Assembly: GCF_000039765.1 (NCBI RefSeq)
Contig: NC_004459.3
Coordinates: forward strand, 60,001-92,000
DNA: 32,000 nucleotides
Source of the DNA: Vibrio vulnificus CMCP6
GTDB taxonomy: Bacteria > Pseudomonadota > Gammaproteobacteria > Enterobacterales > Vibrionaceae
Reading direction: 5' to 3'
Below the pieces are notes generated by a model, which was given only the letters and a program-made list of their open reading frames with translations, was not told the origin of the DNA and made no database searches. Below are positions 31,670-32,000 of this stretch, in pieces (position 1 is the first letter of the stretch; every line of letters starts with the position of its first letter). Both the position numbers and the translations under genes were made by a program.

Positions 31670-31957
31670 TTACCCTGCGAAAACGTTGGGAGAACCTGCC
31701 GCGACAGCAGAGCCACAATCGACACTGTCGCCAATTCGTGCCAGTGCCTGACCATTCACAAACACTGTAGAGCTGCCTGTGGCTTGAGTTCCTGCGTGGC
31801 AGGAAGGAGAAGGATTACAGTGAACCGCCCATGAATCACCCACTCTTAACGCAGGCTTACCGTTTATAAAGACGTTACCGCTGCCGCTTGTTGATGTGCG
31901 AGGTGGAAAGGCGCCGTGTCCTGTACAACCGTCACCCTGTCGGGATGCTGCTGGCAT
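31670..31957 (-). CDS. PAAR-domain spike-tip protein
   Basis: Two PAAR-like repeats (KPALRVGD, QALARIGD), Gly/Cys/His-rich. ATG at 31957 follows GAGGAG by 7 nt. The TTG at 31972 is less likely. Confidence 0.8.
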   Translation of the reverse strand: MPAASRQGDGCTGHGAFPPRTSTSGSGNVFINGKPALRVGDSWAVHCNPSPSCHAGTQATGSSTVFVNGQALARIGDSVDCGSAVAAGSPNVFAG

Positions 31958-32000
31958 GCATGTACTCCTCAAGCTTTTGTTTACCTGAACTGTAATCGTG

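Larger units (their letters stand above)
8446..32000. mobile_element. P2/186-like myovirus prophage, left part (attL side), integrated at the 3' side of tRNA-Pro; continues beyond the window
   Basis: Contiguous int-xis, early/replication, immunity and P2-type tail/baseplate genes start about 100 nt after the tRNA. The exact att core cannot be fixed because attR is not in the window. Confidence 0.85.

Noticed and set aside
8446-32000. Direct repeat of the tRNA-Pro 3' end (attR) and precise att core
   Set aside because: No second copy of GGTTCAAATCCTCTCAGTCCGACCA was seen in the window. The prophage runs off the right edge, so the core cannot be defined here.
1-32000. CRISPR arrays, rRNA, IS elements/transposases, reverse transcriptase (retron/DGR) near the fibre gene
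   Set aside because: No regularly spaced repeats, rRNA-like sequence, transposase or RT ORFs were recognised on either strand. The fibre variability is explained by domain mosaicism instead.
31973-32000. 3' end of an upstream minus-strand gene (expected gpV-like spike)
   Set aside because: Only about 20 nt of coding sequence would lie in the window, too short to support any call.

Overview
The window spans a chromosome/prophage junction. The Vibrionaceae-like taxon is only an impression from gene content and about 45-53% GC, not a database result.

(1) 1-8243, plus strand: the distal part of an aryl-polyene (APE)-type FAS/PKS-like pigment cluster. It runs ammonia-lyase, 4HBT thioesterase, LolA-like protein, MMPL-like exporter, small lipoprotein, ketosynthase, hotdog dehydratase, FabG-like reductase, second ketosynthase. 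The genes are tightly coupled (ATGA and other short overlaps) and end in an intrinsic terminator.

(2) 8369-8445: tRNA-Pro(GGG) with its own promoter and terminator.

(3) 8446-32000: the left ~23.5 kb of a prophage integrated next to the tRNA.
- A lambda-like int/xis pair; the int carries an in-frame TGA.
- A long minus-strand early operon: RHH Cro/Apl analogue, 186-type CII, a second small tyrosine recombinase, primase-helicase, DEDDh exonuclease, HNH endonuclease and an AphA-like PadR regulator.
- A divergent 186-CI-type repressor.
- An AT-rich cargo locus: an XRE regulator plus a 437-aa membrane-anchored protein.
- A P2-type tail/baseplate module on the minus strand: PAAR, W, J, I, H-like fibre, FI, FII, E/E', T, U, X, D.
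- The head, lysis and attR end lie beyond the window.

Most interesting observations:
- An orphan plus-strand promoter plus terminator predicts a ~120-nt antisense RNA in the RHH-cII spacer. Its core sequence is repeated 7.8 kb away, just upstream of the terminator that precedes xis-int.
- The AT-rich XRE/437-aa locus lies between the repressor and gpD.
- The phage encodes an AphA-like regulator.
- A degenerate Int sits alongside an intact catalytic-domain-only recombinase.
- The tail fibre is mosaic, with a low-GC beta-helix C-terminus.

No CRISPR array, rRNA or transposase was seen.
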